A stretch of 64,000 nucleotides of DNA from a virus: positions 1 through 64,000 of IMG/VR virus record IMGVR_UViG_3300025112_006940; one strand, given 5' to 3'. The notes under the pieces were generated by a model, which was not told where the DNA came from, searched no databases, and worked only from the letters and a program-made list of their open reading frames with translations. Both the position numbers and the translations under genes were made by a program. Below are positions 27,432-37,922 of this stretch, piece by piece; position 1 is the first letter of the stretch, and every line of letters begins with the position of its first letter.

Positions 27432-28463
27432 ATGCCAAGAGAACTTGAGACAATAGAAGATATGTATATAAATTGTATATATAGAGTATTTGGGGGCAAT
27501 AAAATAGATGCTGTTACAGATCCTTCATCAATTACATATGGTAAAGCAAGTAGGGAACGAATAGGATTAAGCTATAAAATAGAAAATCCATTAAGCAGGA
27601 TAATTTTAAACCCAGCTAGAAAATTTAATATATTGCAAGTTATGGGTCATTTTTTATGGATTATGAAAGGTGATAATATTCTAAAAAATGTTAGTTATTA
27701 TAATCCTAAGGCCTCTGCACTTTCAGATGATGGTATAACACATAGAGCTGCATATGGTGAAAGATTGATGTTTTGTAGTAATGGCAATGGTGGAATAAAA
27801 ATTGATCAACTGAAAAATGTTATAACTAGACTGAAAATGGATTTACAATCAAGGAGAGCATTTGCTACTATATATAATCCAGTAATTGATAGCTGTTGTA
27901 TGCAAACAAATGATTTTCCATGTACGATTGGTTATCAATTTTTAATTAGAAATAATAAGCTTGATATGATATGTTTTATGAGATCTCAAAGTGTTTTATT
28001 TGTAATGCCATATGATGTTTTTATAAATACAATGCTTCAAGAATACATGGCAAAAAGATTAGGGGTGGAAATTGGAAATTATTATCATACGGGCGGAAGT
28101 TTTCACTTTTTTGAAAATGAAACTAAGTTTGCAGAAAAAATTATAGAAGCTGATTATATTATTCCTGAAAATTTTTCAATGCCAAAAATGTATGATAATG
28201 TATTAGATGGTTTAAATCATGTATTAGAACATGAAACATTAATCAGGGAATCTGCAGTAGCAGGCTCTTATATTCATCTTCCAGATGATCATGCAGATGA
28301 ATATGGGAAATATTGGGGCGATATTATACGACTCTTAGAAATATATGCTATAGATAAAATAGAAAAAGATATATCTGAACATATAAGAAAAACATATGAA
28401 AGAAAGGTATTGATAAAAAAATTACATCCAACATATCAAGCTGCATTGGAGATTTTAGAATGA
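27432..28463 (+). CDS. thymidylate synthase-superfamily enzyme, likely dCMP-modifying
   Basis: AYGERL, SRRA, DFPCT, MRSQS....PYD (Asp at dUMP-specifying Asn site), SFHFF. Confidence 0.85.
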   Translation: MPRELETIEDMYINCIYRVFGGNKIDAVTDPSSITYGKASRERIGLSYKIENPLSRIILNPARKFNILQVMGHFLWIMKGDNILKNVSYYNPKASALSDDGITHRAAYGERLMFCSNGNGGIKIDQLKNVITRLKMDLQSRRAFATIYNPVIDSCCMQTNDFPCTIGYQFLIRNNKLDMICFMRSQSVLFVMPYDVFINTMLQEYMAKRLGVEIGNYYHTGGSFHFFENETKFAEKIIEADYIIPENFSMPKMYDNVLDGLNHVLEHETLIRESAVAGSYIHLPDDHADEYGKYWGDIIRLLEIYAIDKIEKDISEHIRKTYERKVLIKKLHPTYQAALEILE

Positions 28464-29575
28464 CTCATGAATTAATGGCAGGAAATTTATGGACTTTTGA
28501 CTATCTTGTTGCTTGCAAAAAATTAAATGATGATAATCCAAAAGCTAAAATAGTGGAAATGTATGGATCAATTAAAGGATTAGATCCAATTGGTTCTGCT
28601 AGACCAGATTCAAGATTACCCTTAGTTGCTAAAAAAGATTTTGAAGCATACGTTAGCAAGGCAATTACATATGGAATTGAAATTAATTACACTCTTAATA
28701 TTTCATGTATTGGTGAATTGAGTGAATTAGAAAAAAATGAATTAAAAATTGCAGATTTTTTACGTTATATAGAATTTTATGGTGTAAAAAGAGTTACAGT
28801 AGCACATCCATTGATAGCTCAATTAGTAGCAAAATATACAGATATTGCCGTTGAAATTTCTACAATTATGCATGTTGAAACTATTGGACAATTACAAAAA
28901 TATAAAGAAATGTGCCCTAATGTAGATAAAGTATGCATGAATTTGTATCGCAACAGAGATTTTAAATTTTTAAATCAATTCAAAAAAGAAGCCGATAAAC
29001 TTGGTATCATAACAGAACTTATGGCAAATGAATTTTGTTCAATAGGAGGAATTCCTTGTTATGGACTTTACAGAAACTCATGTTATATGGTCCATTCCCA
29101 TGGCGGAAACGATGAACTCAATTTTGAAGGCTATCCAATTAAAGGCCCTGGTGGATGTATCACTTCAAGAATACAAAGCCCAGCATCTTACCTTAAAGCA
29201 CGTTTTATTCTTCCACAATGGTACGACAAATATTTCAACGAAACGGGGATATCGCATTTTAAGATTACTGGAAGAACTCATTCTATCGAAGATGTATTAC
29301 CCATCGTTAAGTCCTATTCTAAGGGTACTTTTAATGGCAACTTAATGGATTTATGGTTGCTAGATAAAGATCATGCTGATTTAAATATTGATTCAAGTTT
29401 ATTAAAAGATTTTATAGATCATTGGATTGAAAATGCAGATTTTCCATGTGATAAAATGTGTGGAATAAATTGTCAAATATGTGATGATGCATTTAAAGAA
29501 ATCTGCCCAGATATTCCATTGTATCGCCCAAAACTTATTCATAGCATTGATGAAAAAATAGGAATTGAAAAATGA
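28460..29575 (+). CDS. peptidase U32-family Fe-S protein
   Basis: INYTLN, EISTI, ELMANEFC..C..C, FKITGR, C-terminal Cys cluster. Confidence 0.8.
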   Translation: MTHELMAGNLWTFDYLVACKKLNDDNPKAKIVEMYGSIKGLDPIGSARPDSRLPLVAKKDFEAYVSKAITYGIEINYTLNISCIGELSELEKNELKIADFLRYIEFYGVKRVTVAHPLIAQLVAKYTDIAVEISTIMHVETIGQLQKYKEMCPNVDKVCMNLYRNRDFKFLNQFKKEADKLGIITELMANEFCSIGGIPCYGLYRNSCYMVHSHGGNDELNFEGYPIKGPGGCITSRIQSPASYLKARFILPQWYDKYFNETGISHFKITGRTHSIEDVLPIVKSYSKGTFNGNLMDLWLLDKDHADLNIDSSLLKDFIDHWIENADFPCDKMCGINCQICDDAFKEICPDIPLYRPKLIHSIDEKIGIEK

Positions 29576-30624
29576 ATGTTTTGATAATTCAACAATACAG
29601 TATGAGGTCTTATGAAAACAATGAATATCTATTTGATAAAGATGGACATTCAGATACAATGCTTTCATTGATCAAAGGTGTTGATAAAGAAGATTACAAT
29701 TTCACAATTGTTGTTCCTGATAATGTAAGAGGTGGATTAAAGGCCGTAAAAAAATATATAGATTTTTGGAAAATAAAAAGTAATGTAATGATTCTATGTA
29801 AAAAATTTGGTATTAACATTGATGAAGAAAGATCAGATTTTGATAGACAATATTGGAAAAATGTTATTGAAGAAAACAATGTAGATTTAGTAATTAATAT
29901 GAATGATGTTATTGCCCCAAATCTTGCAACGTTAAGAAGGTATTGCAGTAAAACATTTAAGATTTATACAATACTTGATCATATGCCATTTTATAAACAT
30001 TCATGGCAACATCCTAATCATGGAAAAATTCACAGAATACTGGAATCAATTGATGTATCAGATAGGGTATTTACATACTTCGAACATACGCAATCAATAT
30101 TAAGTTATCTATCAAAAAGAGAAATAAGCCTAATTCCAGCATTTTCAACTGAATTTTTAAATAAATTTGCAATGAGAGATTTAACAAATTATTCAGAATT
30201 GCATGAACTTATAGATGAAAAACATGAAAAAACATTATTGGCATCAAGATTAACTGATAAAACAAAATATACACCTGAAGCAATTAAGCAACATTGTAAC
30301 GCACGTAGCACTGATTTATTGATTTGTAATCCAAATGAATTAAACGAAAAATTTATAGATGATGCATTTAAAGATGCTGAATTCCCAAAATTAAAAACAA
30401 AAAATGATTTTTTAAAACTGCTTTCAAAATCTATGTATATGATTAATACAATAGATCCAGAAGTAATTTTATCTTCATCATCATTGCAGGCAATTTATTA
30501 TGCATGCGAATTAGAACCGTTTAGAAGATATGATAGAGATTATTTGATGATTAAACAGTTTAAATTTATTAACAACTATTCAATAGAATATACACCAACA
30601 AAATTAAGGAGGTTATATTCATGA
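29572..30624 (+). CDS. putative GT-B glycosyltransferase
   Basis: MNVLII N-terminal Rossmann strand, LASRLTD, SSLQAI; operon context. Confidence 0.5.
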   Translation: MNVLIIQQYSMRSYENNEYLFDKDGHSDTMLSLIKGVDKEDYNFTIVVPDNVRGGLKAVKKYIDFWKIKSNVMILCKKFGINIDEERSDFDRQYWKNVIEENNVDLVINMNDVIAPNLATLRRYCSKTFKIYTILDHMPFYKHSWQHPNHGKIHRILESIDVSDRVFTYFEHTQSILSYLSKREISLIPAFSTEFLNKFAMRDLTNYSELHELIDEKHEKTLLASRLTDKTKYTPEAIKQHCNARSTDLLICNPNELNEKFIDDAFKDAEFPKLKTKNDFLKLLSKSMYMINTIDPEVILSSSSLQAIYYACELEPFRRYDRDYLMIKQFKFINNYSIEYTPTKLRRLYS

Positions 30625-31160
30625 TGCCAATGATAGTACTTGAAGGTCCTGATTTTGCAGGAAAAAGTTTTTATGCAAAAAAATTAATGAAGTATTTGAG
30701 AAAACACTATAGACTTTTAGAAAGTAATATAACAAAAGAACTTGAAATACCTAAAAAAGAATTCAATAAAACAATTCAGCTTATAGGACATCATAGCTAT
30801 ATCATATTAAGAGAATTACAAGATTCCCCCATAATTGCAATAAGGTTAGCGGTTTCTGATATAGTTTATTCAAACGTATTTAAAAGAAATCAAGATTTAA
30901 GTTGGATAAATTTAAAAAGAGATTTTCCAGATGCAAAATTTATTCATTTGACTACTTCATGTTTTGATGTAATTAAAAAACGTCGTAAAAATAGAGAGGA
31001 TTATACAAACGAAGAAGAAAATTTTGAAATATATAAAGAATATTATCTTGCTTTTCCAAAACTTGGCATTGATTATTTAGAGCTAAATAATGATAGCTTT
31101 AAAAATACTGAAAGAAATATAGGGCAAATAATTAATTTTGTATTTTCGGAGGGATTATGA
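30621..31160 (+). CDS. nucleoside monophosphate kinase (Tmk-like)
   Basis: IVLEGPDFAGKS, R..VSDIVYS. Confidence 0.8.
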   Translation: MMPMIVLEGPDFAGKSFYAKKLMKYLRKHYRLLESNITKELEIPKKEFNKTIQLIGHHSYIILRELQDSPIIAIRLAVSDIVYSNVFKRNQDLSWINLKRDFPDAKFIHLTTSCFDVIKKRRKNREDYTNEEENFEIYKEYYLAFPKLGIDYLELNNDSFKNTERNIGQIINFVFSEGL

Positions 31161-34100
31161 GTCAAATTGAAACATATACCCATCTTCATTGCCATTCATC
31201 TGGTTCATTAATGGATGGTGTTGCAAAACCTGCTGATAATGCTAAACGTGCTGCAGAATTAGGAATGCAAGCAATTGCATTAACAGATCATGGAACTCTT
31301 GCAGGATTATTTGAATTTCAAAAAACATGCGAAGAAGTTGGGGTTAAGCCTATACTTGGCAATGAAATGTATATTGTAGATGATATGAATTCAGGCCCTA
31401 TTTCAGATGAAGAAAGAGAAACATTATCAAGAGAACAAAGAAAAGAATTACAAAGAACTAGAATGAGAACTTCTCATGTAATTTTATTAGCAGAAAATCA
31501 AAAAGGGCTTGAAAATCTTTATACATTGAATTATTATGCTAATAAAAATGGTTATTATTATCGTCCAAGAATTGATCTAAATTTACTTAGGGATCATCAT
31601 GAAGGATTAATTGCAACAACTACTTGTGTTGCATCTAAAATAGCAAGATATTTTTTTAATGGAGATGAAAATTTAGCAATTAGGCATTTTGAAGATATGT
31701 TAGATTTATTTGGCGAAGATAAGTATTTCATAGAAATGCATCCTCATGAAATTGATATGCAGCTTAATTATAACAGATTTTTAATTGATAAAATTAAATC
31801 AAAATACAAAGATGTTAAATGTATATTGGCAAATGATTCTCATTATGCAAGACCTAACGATAATGAAGCACATAAATTTTTGTTAAGCATTACAACAGAT
31901 GATATGGTTCCTGGCTGTAAAAATTTGTATGTAGCATCCGAAGAAGACATGAGAAAATTTTGGCATGAAAATAATCATGGTAAATACATAGATGAAAAAT
32001 ATTTGAATGAAGCTATTGAAACAACAAAAGAAATTGCTACAAGATGTAATGCACGTATTGATATGGAATCATTAAAAGAGCCTGAATTTACATTGCCAGA
32101 AGGATGGGAGGGACATGACAATAAACATTACATGGGCCATATTTTGCAAAATGCCCTTAGGGATAAAAGAGATAAGGGGTTAATACCAGAAGATAGAGTT
32201 GACGAATATCTTGAACGTCTTAAATATGAATTTAATATAATTGCAGATAAAGGCTATATAGATTACTTTCTTATAGTAATGGATTTTATAAAATGGGCTA
32301 AAGATAATGACATTCTAGTTGGGCCTGGACGAGGTTCTGCTGCTGGATCATTATTATCATGGCTATTGGAAATAATTGAAGTAGATCCAATAAAATATGA
32401 ATTATCATTTGATAGATTTTTAAATCCGTTGAGAAATAAGGCACCGGATATTGATACAGATATTGAAAAATACAGAAGAGAAGAAGTAAGGGATTATATT
32501 GCTAATAAATGGGGTGAAGCAAATATAGCACCAATTGGGGCATATGCAAGATATTCAGCAAATAGTTTATTTAGGGAGGTATGCAAAAATCTTGAATACG
32601 ATTTTTCAGATGTAAATAAAGTTGCTAAAAATATAGATTCTTCAGGTGATGAATATAGGTCATTAAAAACATTTAAAGAAAATGTAAATGAAAAGTCAGT
32701 AATAAAGGCATTCATGGACAAAATTCCAAAAGAAGAAGCTGAACAAATATATAGCTTAGTTGGTGCTATTGAAGGTAATTATAGAAATTTAAGTGTTGCT
32801 GCAGCTGGAACTATTATTTCGTCTAGACCGCTTTATGAAATTGTGCCTTTAAGGAAAACAAAAGATGATACAATCATAACTGAATGGGACGGCAGGGATC
32901 TTACAGATGCTAAGTATCTTAAAATTGATATGCTTGGAATTGCTACATTATCAATTGTTAAAAATGTAATGGATAGAGTTGGTATGACTATCAGAGAATT
33001 ATATGATATGCCTTTATACATTGAAGATGTTAAAGATCCAGAAGAAAAGAAGATCTATGAAAAATGTTATGAAGAATTTAGAAAAGGTCATACAGAGGCA
33101 ATATTTCAATTTGAATCAGGTGGAATTACTGAGTTAATGAAAAACATTTCTCCAGATTCTATAAATGATATATCTGCTACAAATGCATTATACAGACCTG
33201 GTCCGTTAGCTACAGGCGCAGCAAGTAACTTCTATAAAAGAAAGAACAAAAAGACTGATGTTTTTAAGAATGAATTTCATCCTACATTGTTTGATAACGT
33301 ATTAAAGGAAACATATGGTCTTATAGTTTATGAAGAACAAATTACTGAAATGTTTAATTTATTAGGGCTTGATTATGGCGATGCAGATATATTGAGAAGA
33401 GGTATGGAAGAACATGACCAAGAAAAAACACAGCATTATCTTGACAAATTATTAGCAAAGCCAGAATCAGAATTACCATTTAGCAAGGCTGAAGTTAAAC
33501 AAACATTTGAAAATATTCAAAGACATGAAGGCTATGCATTTAATAAATCTCATTCATTATCATATGCGATTGTTGCTTTTTGGACAATGTACATGAAAGT
33601 GAAATACAAAAAAGAATTTTGCGAAGAGGTTTTAAATGACCATATTAATGATGATGGAAAATTACCAATGTATATTAACATGACATTAAATTGTTTTCCA
33701 GATTTGAAGTTAAGCATGGGTGATATTAACATGTTTTCAGATAAGTTTGTTATTGAAGATGGTCAACTTAAATTTGCATTAAATACTACAAAAGGTATTG
33801 GAAAAGCCTTAATTAAGAAATTGCTTAAGATGAAAAATGATGGTAAGGTTTGGGAAAATTTTCAAGATTTCTTTATGAATAGCAAAATTTCTGTTAACAA
33901 CATCATTAATTTGGTAAAAATAGGAATATTTGATAATACTGATTTTGGTAATGGTAGAAATTATAATAGAAAAACATTAGTTGATATTATTGAGTTTTTA
34001 GAAATAATAAGAAGCGCAAAAGTAAAGGAAAAAAAGCCATTTTTTGAAAAACTTGGCATAGATAACATTGAAGGTATGTTTAATCATGATATCATAAAAA

Positions 34101-34531
34101 AATATATGTCTAATATTGGTGGAAATATAGATCAAAAAGATTACAGTGCAAGGGATCTTGCAATAATTGAAAATGATCTCATTGGCTTTAGATTAACTGG
34201 CGATAGTGATGAATTTATACAGGCTATAACTTCTGCAGGAGTTATGGCATGTGGTAACTGGAAATCTAAATTGGAACCTGTATGGGGCAAAATAACAAAT
34301 GTGGATATGAAAAAGACAAAAAGAGGGCAACCATATGCAGTGGCAAAAATAACAGATAATGAAACATCTATAAGCTTAAAATTATGGTCTAATCAACTTA
34401 AAAAATATGGTGGGATGCTTATCAATGGAAATGTAATTGTAGTAAATCTTTCAAAAGATAGGTTTGGTTATGCATTAGTAAATGCAAAGCATGAAGATAC
34501 AATGTTTGATGAATTTTCTATGACAACATAA
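31157..34531 (+). CDS. dnaE: DNA polymerase III alpha subunit
   Basis: HLHCHS, LTDHG, GRGSAAGS, PDIDTD, KIDMLG, YAFNKSH. Confidence 0.96.
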   Translation: MSQIETYTHLHCHSSGSLMDGVAKPADNAKRAAELGMQAIALTDHGTLAGLFEFQKTCEEVGVKPILGNEMYIVDDMNSGPISDEERETLSREQRKELQRTRMRTSHVILLAENQKGLENLYTLNYYANKNGYYYRPRIDLNLLRDHHEGLIATTTCVASKIARYFFNGDENLAIRHFEDMLDLFGEDKYFIEMHPHEIDMQLNYNRFLIDKIKSKYKDVKCILANDSHYARPNDNEAHKFLLSITTDDMVPGCKNLYVASEEDMRKFWHENNHGKYIDEKYLNEAIETTKEIATRCNARIDMESLKEPEFTLPEGWEGHDNKHYMGHILQNALRDKRDKGLIPEDRVDEYLERLKYEFNIIADKGYIDYFLIVMDFIKWAKDNDILVGPGRGSAAGSLLSWLLEIIEVDPIKYELSFDRFLNPLRNKAPDIDTDIEKYRREEVRDYIANKWGEANIAPIGAYARYSANSLFREVCKNLEYDFSDVNKVAKNIDSSGDEYRSLKTFKENVNEKSVIKAFMDKIPKEEAEQIYSLVGAIEGNYRNLSVAAAGTIISSRPLYEIVPLRKTKDDTIITEWDGRDLTDAKYLKIDMLGIATLSIVKNVMDRVGMTIRELYDMPLYIEDVKDPEEKKIYEKCYEEFRKGHTEAIFQFESGGITELMKNISPDSINDISATNALYRPGPLATGAASNFYKRKNKKTDVFKNEFHPTLFDNVLKETYGLIVYEEQITEMFNLLGLDYGDADILRRGMEEHDQEKTQHYLDKLLAKPESELPFSKAEVKQTFENIQRHEGYAFNKSHSLSYAIVAFWTMYMKVKYKKEFCEEVLNDHINDDGKLPMYINMTLNCFPDLKLSMGDINMFSDKFVIEDGQLKFALNTTKGIGKALIKKLLKMKNDGKVWENFQDFFMNSKISVNNIINLVKIGIFDNTDFGNGRNYNRKTLVDIIEFLEIIRSAKVKEKKPFFEKLGIDNIEGMFNHDIIKKYMSNIGGNIDQKDYSARDLAIIENDLIGFRLTGDSDEFIQAITSAGVMACGNWKSKLEPVWGKITNVDMKKTKRGQPYAVAKITDNETSISLKLWSNQLKKYGGMLINGNVIVVNLSKDRFGYALVNAKHEDTMFDEFSMTT

Positions 34532-34547
34532 GGGGAAGAATAACAAA

Positions 34548-34934
34548 ATGGATAGACTTGAGCAAATGTTTGAACAACAAAAATATCTACAAGAATATCT
34601 TGCAAGATATAAACCAGACGCAGCTTGTATTCCTGGTGCAGATGAAGAGGAAAAGTTTAAAAATATGATTTTATTGCTTATAAAAGAATGTACAGAAGTT
34701 TTAGATGAGATTAATTTTAAACCGCATAAATTATCTAAGATTAAGGTAAATAAAGATAAAATAGCAGAAGAGTTAGTAGATGTATTAAAATATTGGATGA
34801 ATCTTGCATTATTAACAGGGTTAGATACTGATGATATATATGCCATGTTTATAAAAAAATCATCGATAGTTTTAGAAAGATTCAAAGAGGAATTAAAAAA
34901 TGCTAAAAAAGGACACGGCCAAGTTAACAATTAA
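34548..34934 (+). CDS. all-alpha dNTP pyrophosphatase (dimeric dUTPase/dCTPase-like)
   Basis: MFEQQ, ECTEVLDEINFKPH, EELVDVLKY. Confidence 0.82.
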   Translation: MDRLEQMFEQQKYLQEYLARYKPDAACIPGADEEEKFKNMILLLIKECTEVLDEINFKPHKLSKIKVNKDKIAEELVDVLKYWMNLALLTGLDTDDIYAMFIKKSSIVLERFKEELKNAKKGHGQVNN

Positions 34935-35442
34935 TGAAATTGAAGGAAGTAAGAAAGGAATGCTTGCAACAAAGATCGTTTATAATACAATTATAGAAAA
35001 TCATTTTAAAATATGGTTCATATGCAATTCTCCAGGAAATAGATTATTTTACATAACTATTAACGATGGCGTTGGAGGCACAGTAGCATTTACAGATTAC
35101 AATATAGCATTTTCGGCGTTAAATAATAATCTATTTAAACCAGCGCTTTTAAAAGCATTTGGATCAGAAATAATATTATCAAGATTATCGCTTTTCTATG
35201 TTAAAGAAATGCTTAACGAAAATAATGTTGCATTTTTAGGAACAATTTTGGTTAACCCTACTAGAGAATTTTTTACGCCAATATCATTACATTTTTTTAG
35301 TAAATTAGATTCTCTTAAGGTAAATGAATATGAAATTGATTTAGATTTAGAAGGCGGCGACTATGTAGCATTAAAATATGATAAAGAAACTATGAGTTAT
35401 TTATCACAGGAAAATGATGATTATCTAGATTTATTAGTATGA
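34900..35442 (+). CDS. hypothetical protein
   Basis: ORF track, GAGG RBS. Confidence 0.7.
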   Translation: MLKKDTAKLTINEIEGSKKGMLATKIVYNTIIENHFKIWFICNSPGNRLFYITINDGVGGTVAFTDYNIAFSALNNNLFKPALLKAFGSEIILSRLSLFYVKEMLNENNVAFLGTILVNPTREFFTPISLHFFSKLDSLKVNEYEIDLDLEGGDYVALKYDKETMSYLSQENDDYLDLLV

Positions 35443-35575
35443 TAGAATATATTTATATAAATTGTAAGAGCTAACTATTTGCATAATCAACGCTGATACT
35501 GTCTCCCATAATACAAATTCAGCAGAATTTGAATGTGTATTTGGTTAGCTCGCTTGTTATTAATTTGGAGGTAAA

Positions 35576-35941
35576 ATGGAAGAAGAAAGTGCATTAGATA
35601 TTGATGAAGCAACATTATCAACTAGAATTATTCTTATAAAAGATCAATTAATAAATATATCAAAATCTTTAAGAGGGGCAATTCCAACAACTTTAGGTGA
35701 TGATGCATTAATAGAAGACGATAATTTTAAGCATTGGATGCTAAGCAATTTGATTATAGAAGGAATGGAAAATGATTCTAACAATGAAGATTTTAATAGA
35801 TTTTTATATTTTATGTTTGAGCAAGTAGGTGGAAATGTTGCAAGATTAATAGATCAATATGAATTGGAAATTAATAATATTCCAGGTGGCACATATAGTT
35901 TCAATCTTATCATTAAGGAACCGGAGCAAAAGGATGAATAA
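35576..35941 (+). CDS. hypothetical protein
   Basis: GGAGG RBS. Confidence 0.7.
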   Translation: MEEESALDIDEATLSTRIILIKDQLINISKSLRGAIPTTLGDDALIEDDNFKHWMLSNLIIEGMENDSNNEDFNRFLYFMFEQVGGNVARLIDQYELEINNIPGGTYSFNLIIKEPEQKDE

Positions 35942-36380
35942 TGGAATAGATCATGAACTTATAAAAATAACTGAAGTAATGGCAATTATTAATAAGGATA
36001 TTGAAATAAGTAGGCAAACTATTAATACTACTCAGGCAAAATTAGAGTTGCTTACTGGAGAAAAAAAGTTTTATGATACAATTACATCTAACGATTATAT
36101 GATGATGCTTAAGACGCTTAACATAGTGCTGCTTAATTTAACAATCGCTAAAAATCAATCATTAGATACATTAGATATATTAATGAAAGAAGGCGAAAAA
36201 ATTATGAAAGGTACTGATGAAAAAATACATGCTCAATCACAAAATGTAAAACCTACAAATATTTCTAAGGAAGAAAATGAACATATAATAGGTGCATTTA
36301 ATTACGCGAATAATCTTATGAAAACACTTGAAAAAACAAGTTTATCAGGAGATGATAATGAGCAAAAGGAAAAGAATTAA
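35934..36380 (+). CDS. hypothetical helical protein
   Basis: ORF track; start re-assigned to MNNGID. Confidence 0.65.
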   Translation: MNNGIDHELIKITEVMAIINKDIEISRQTINTTQAKLELLTGEKKFYDTITSNDYMMMLKTLNIVLLNLTIAKNQSLDTLDILMKEGEKIMKGTDEKIHAQSQNVKPTNISKEENEHIIGAFNYANNLMKTLEKTSLSGDDNEQKEKN

Positions 36381-36720
36381 AAAGGTTCGCCAAAAGAAAA
36401 TAAAGCTTAAGGAAATAGAGATTGACAATAACATAATAAATTATTTTGTGTATTCTTCAGTTCCAGAAAAACTTCAACCTAATAATGAACTTGTAGGTAA
36501 AATATTTCAAGTAGCAGGTAAAAAATTAAATGATCTATTCAAATTGCAAAATGTATATGAAAATCATGTAATGATGATGGATGAATCAGGGGCAGCTAGG
36601 GCATTTAAAAAAGAATCTGTTGCATTACATACTGATGAAAATAAAAGAGATGCAGATTTAAGTTTGGCATTTTTAATAGCAAAAGCTGCTTCCAAGAAAA
36701 GAGGAAAAAGAAGGAAATGA
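36328..36720 (+). CDS. hypothetical protein
   Basis: ORF track; true start probably near 36358. Confidence 0.65.
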   Translation: MKKQVYQEMIMSKRKRIKKVRQKKIKLKEIEIDNNIINYFVYSSVPEKLQPNNELVGKIFQVAGKKLNDLFKLQNVYENHVMMMDESGAARAFKKESVALHTDENKRDADLSLAFLIAKAASKKRGKRRK

Positions 36721-36935
36721 GCGGAAATAAAATAATCACTCCTGGAGATTTAAATACGCAAGGTTTAAAACCAAGTGAAGTTGATCCATTAGATTTTATG
36801 GTTTCAATAGCTGGAAGAATGAAATTAGCTGAACAAGAAATTGCTACATTAAGGATTAGGTTACATAATGCCGAAGTTAATTATGAAATGGCCTTAGAAA
36901 GAATAAGTAAGATAGAGAATAAGGATGTCAAGTGA
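36717..36935 (+). CDS. hypothetical coiled-coil protein
   Basis: ATGA overlap. Confidence 0.65.
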   Translation: MSGNKIITPGDLNTQGLKPSEVDPLDFMVSIAGRMKLAEQEIATLRIRLHNAEVNYEMALERISKIENKDVK

Positions 36936-37386
36936 ATATGATAAATATCATACAAGAATAATTGATGTTAAGGCAAGATTATATAAGACAGCTTTAAAAA
37001 GCTCAAAAAAAAGAATGTCAGATCCTGGCAGAGCTAGAAAAAAGAAAAAAAGAACTGCACCAGAAAAAATGATGATGAGAATATTGGATATGATGGGCCT
37101 TCCTTATGAAGAAGAATATTCAATTCCATTTGCGAATTCTTATAGGGTATTTGATTTTAGAATAGGCGATGATCTACTTATAGAAGTTGATGGTGATTTT
37201 TTTCATGGCAATTCAGAAGTTGTAAAGAAATATACAACAATGCATATAAAAAATAAACAAAATGATATTATAAAAAATTGGATTGCAAGAAAAAAAGGTT
37301 TTAAGCTTTTAAGATTTTGGCAATCTGATATTCAACACGATGAAGATTATGTTATTACAGAAATAAACAAGCATTTTACAGATTAA
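36925..37386 (+). CDS. Vsr/DUF559-like endonuclease
   Basis: TAPE, FDF, IEVDGDFFHG, GFKLLRFW. Confidence 0.85.
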   Translation: MSSEYDKYHTRIIDVKARLYKTALKSSKKRMSDPGRARKKKKRTAPEKMMMRILDMMGLPYEEEYSIPFANSYRVFDFRIGDDLLIEVDGDFFHGNSEVVKKYTTMHIKNKQNDIIKNWIARKKGFKLLRFWQSDIQHDEDYVITEINKHFTD

Positions 37387-37434
37387 ATGTTTAAAAAATA
37401 ATGTAAATGCTTTATTAAAATTTGGAGAAGAAAG

Positions 37435-37914
37435 TTGGCCGATCAATGGAGAAAGAAATTTAAGGTACAAAAGTTTAAGCATGTAACAGTAGGAGGATTT
37501 TATGAACATAAATTAAAACCATGGATGATTACATTTTTAGTTGGTTTCAAAATCAAAACAACTCCTCTTGCAAAAGATTATTTTCCTAATCAAAATGATA
37601 TGCTTAGAAATCTTGCAAATAATCACATTAGCTTAAGAAAATTAGATAGGGCAGTTGAAGCATTTGTATTACCTGGGTGGCAATGGAATGGTGTAAGATA
37701 TTCATATAATCATAATCCAAAACAAATAGATTTTGATAGACAATCTCCATTCCAGTTTGATGCATTTATGATTGCTGATCCAGCATATGAACAAAATAGA
37801 GATTATAAAACTATGCAATGGGCATTTAAATTTTATGCAACACATATTGCAGCAATGGACGAATTACAAACAAATGAATTTTTTGAATTTACTCCAACCA
37901 AAAGCGTAAAATAG
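37435..37914 (+). CDS. hypothetical protein
   Basis: GGAG RBS before TTG. Confidence 0.7.
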   Translation: MADQWRKKFKVQKFKHVTVGGFYEHKLKPWMITFLVGFKIKTTPLAKDYFPNQNDMLRNLANNHISLRKLDRAVEAFVLPGWQWNGVRYSYNHNPKQIDFDRQSPFQFDAFMIADPAYEQNRDYKTMQWAFKFYATHIAAMDELQTNEFFEFTPTKSVK

Positions 37915-37922
37915 GGGGCAGC

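Noticed and set aside
24786-34531. Inteins or introns in RNR, DnaE (also helicase, terminase)
   Set aside because: Lengths are normal and no intein splice motifs or frame breaks were seen.
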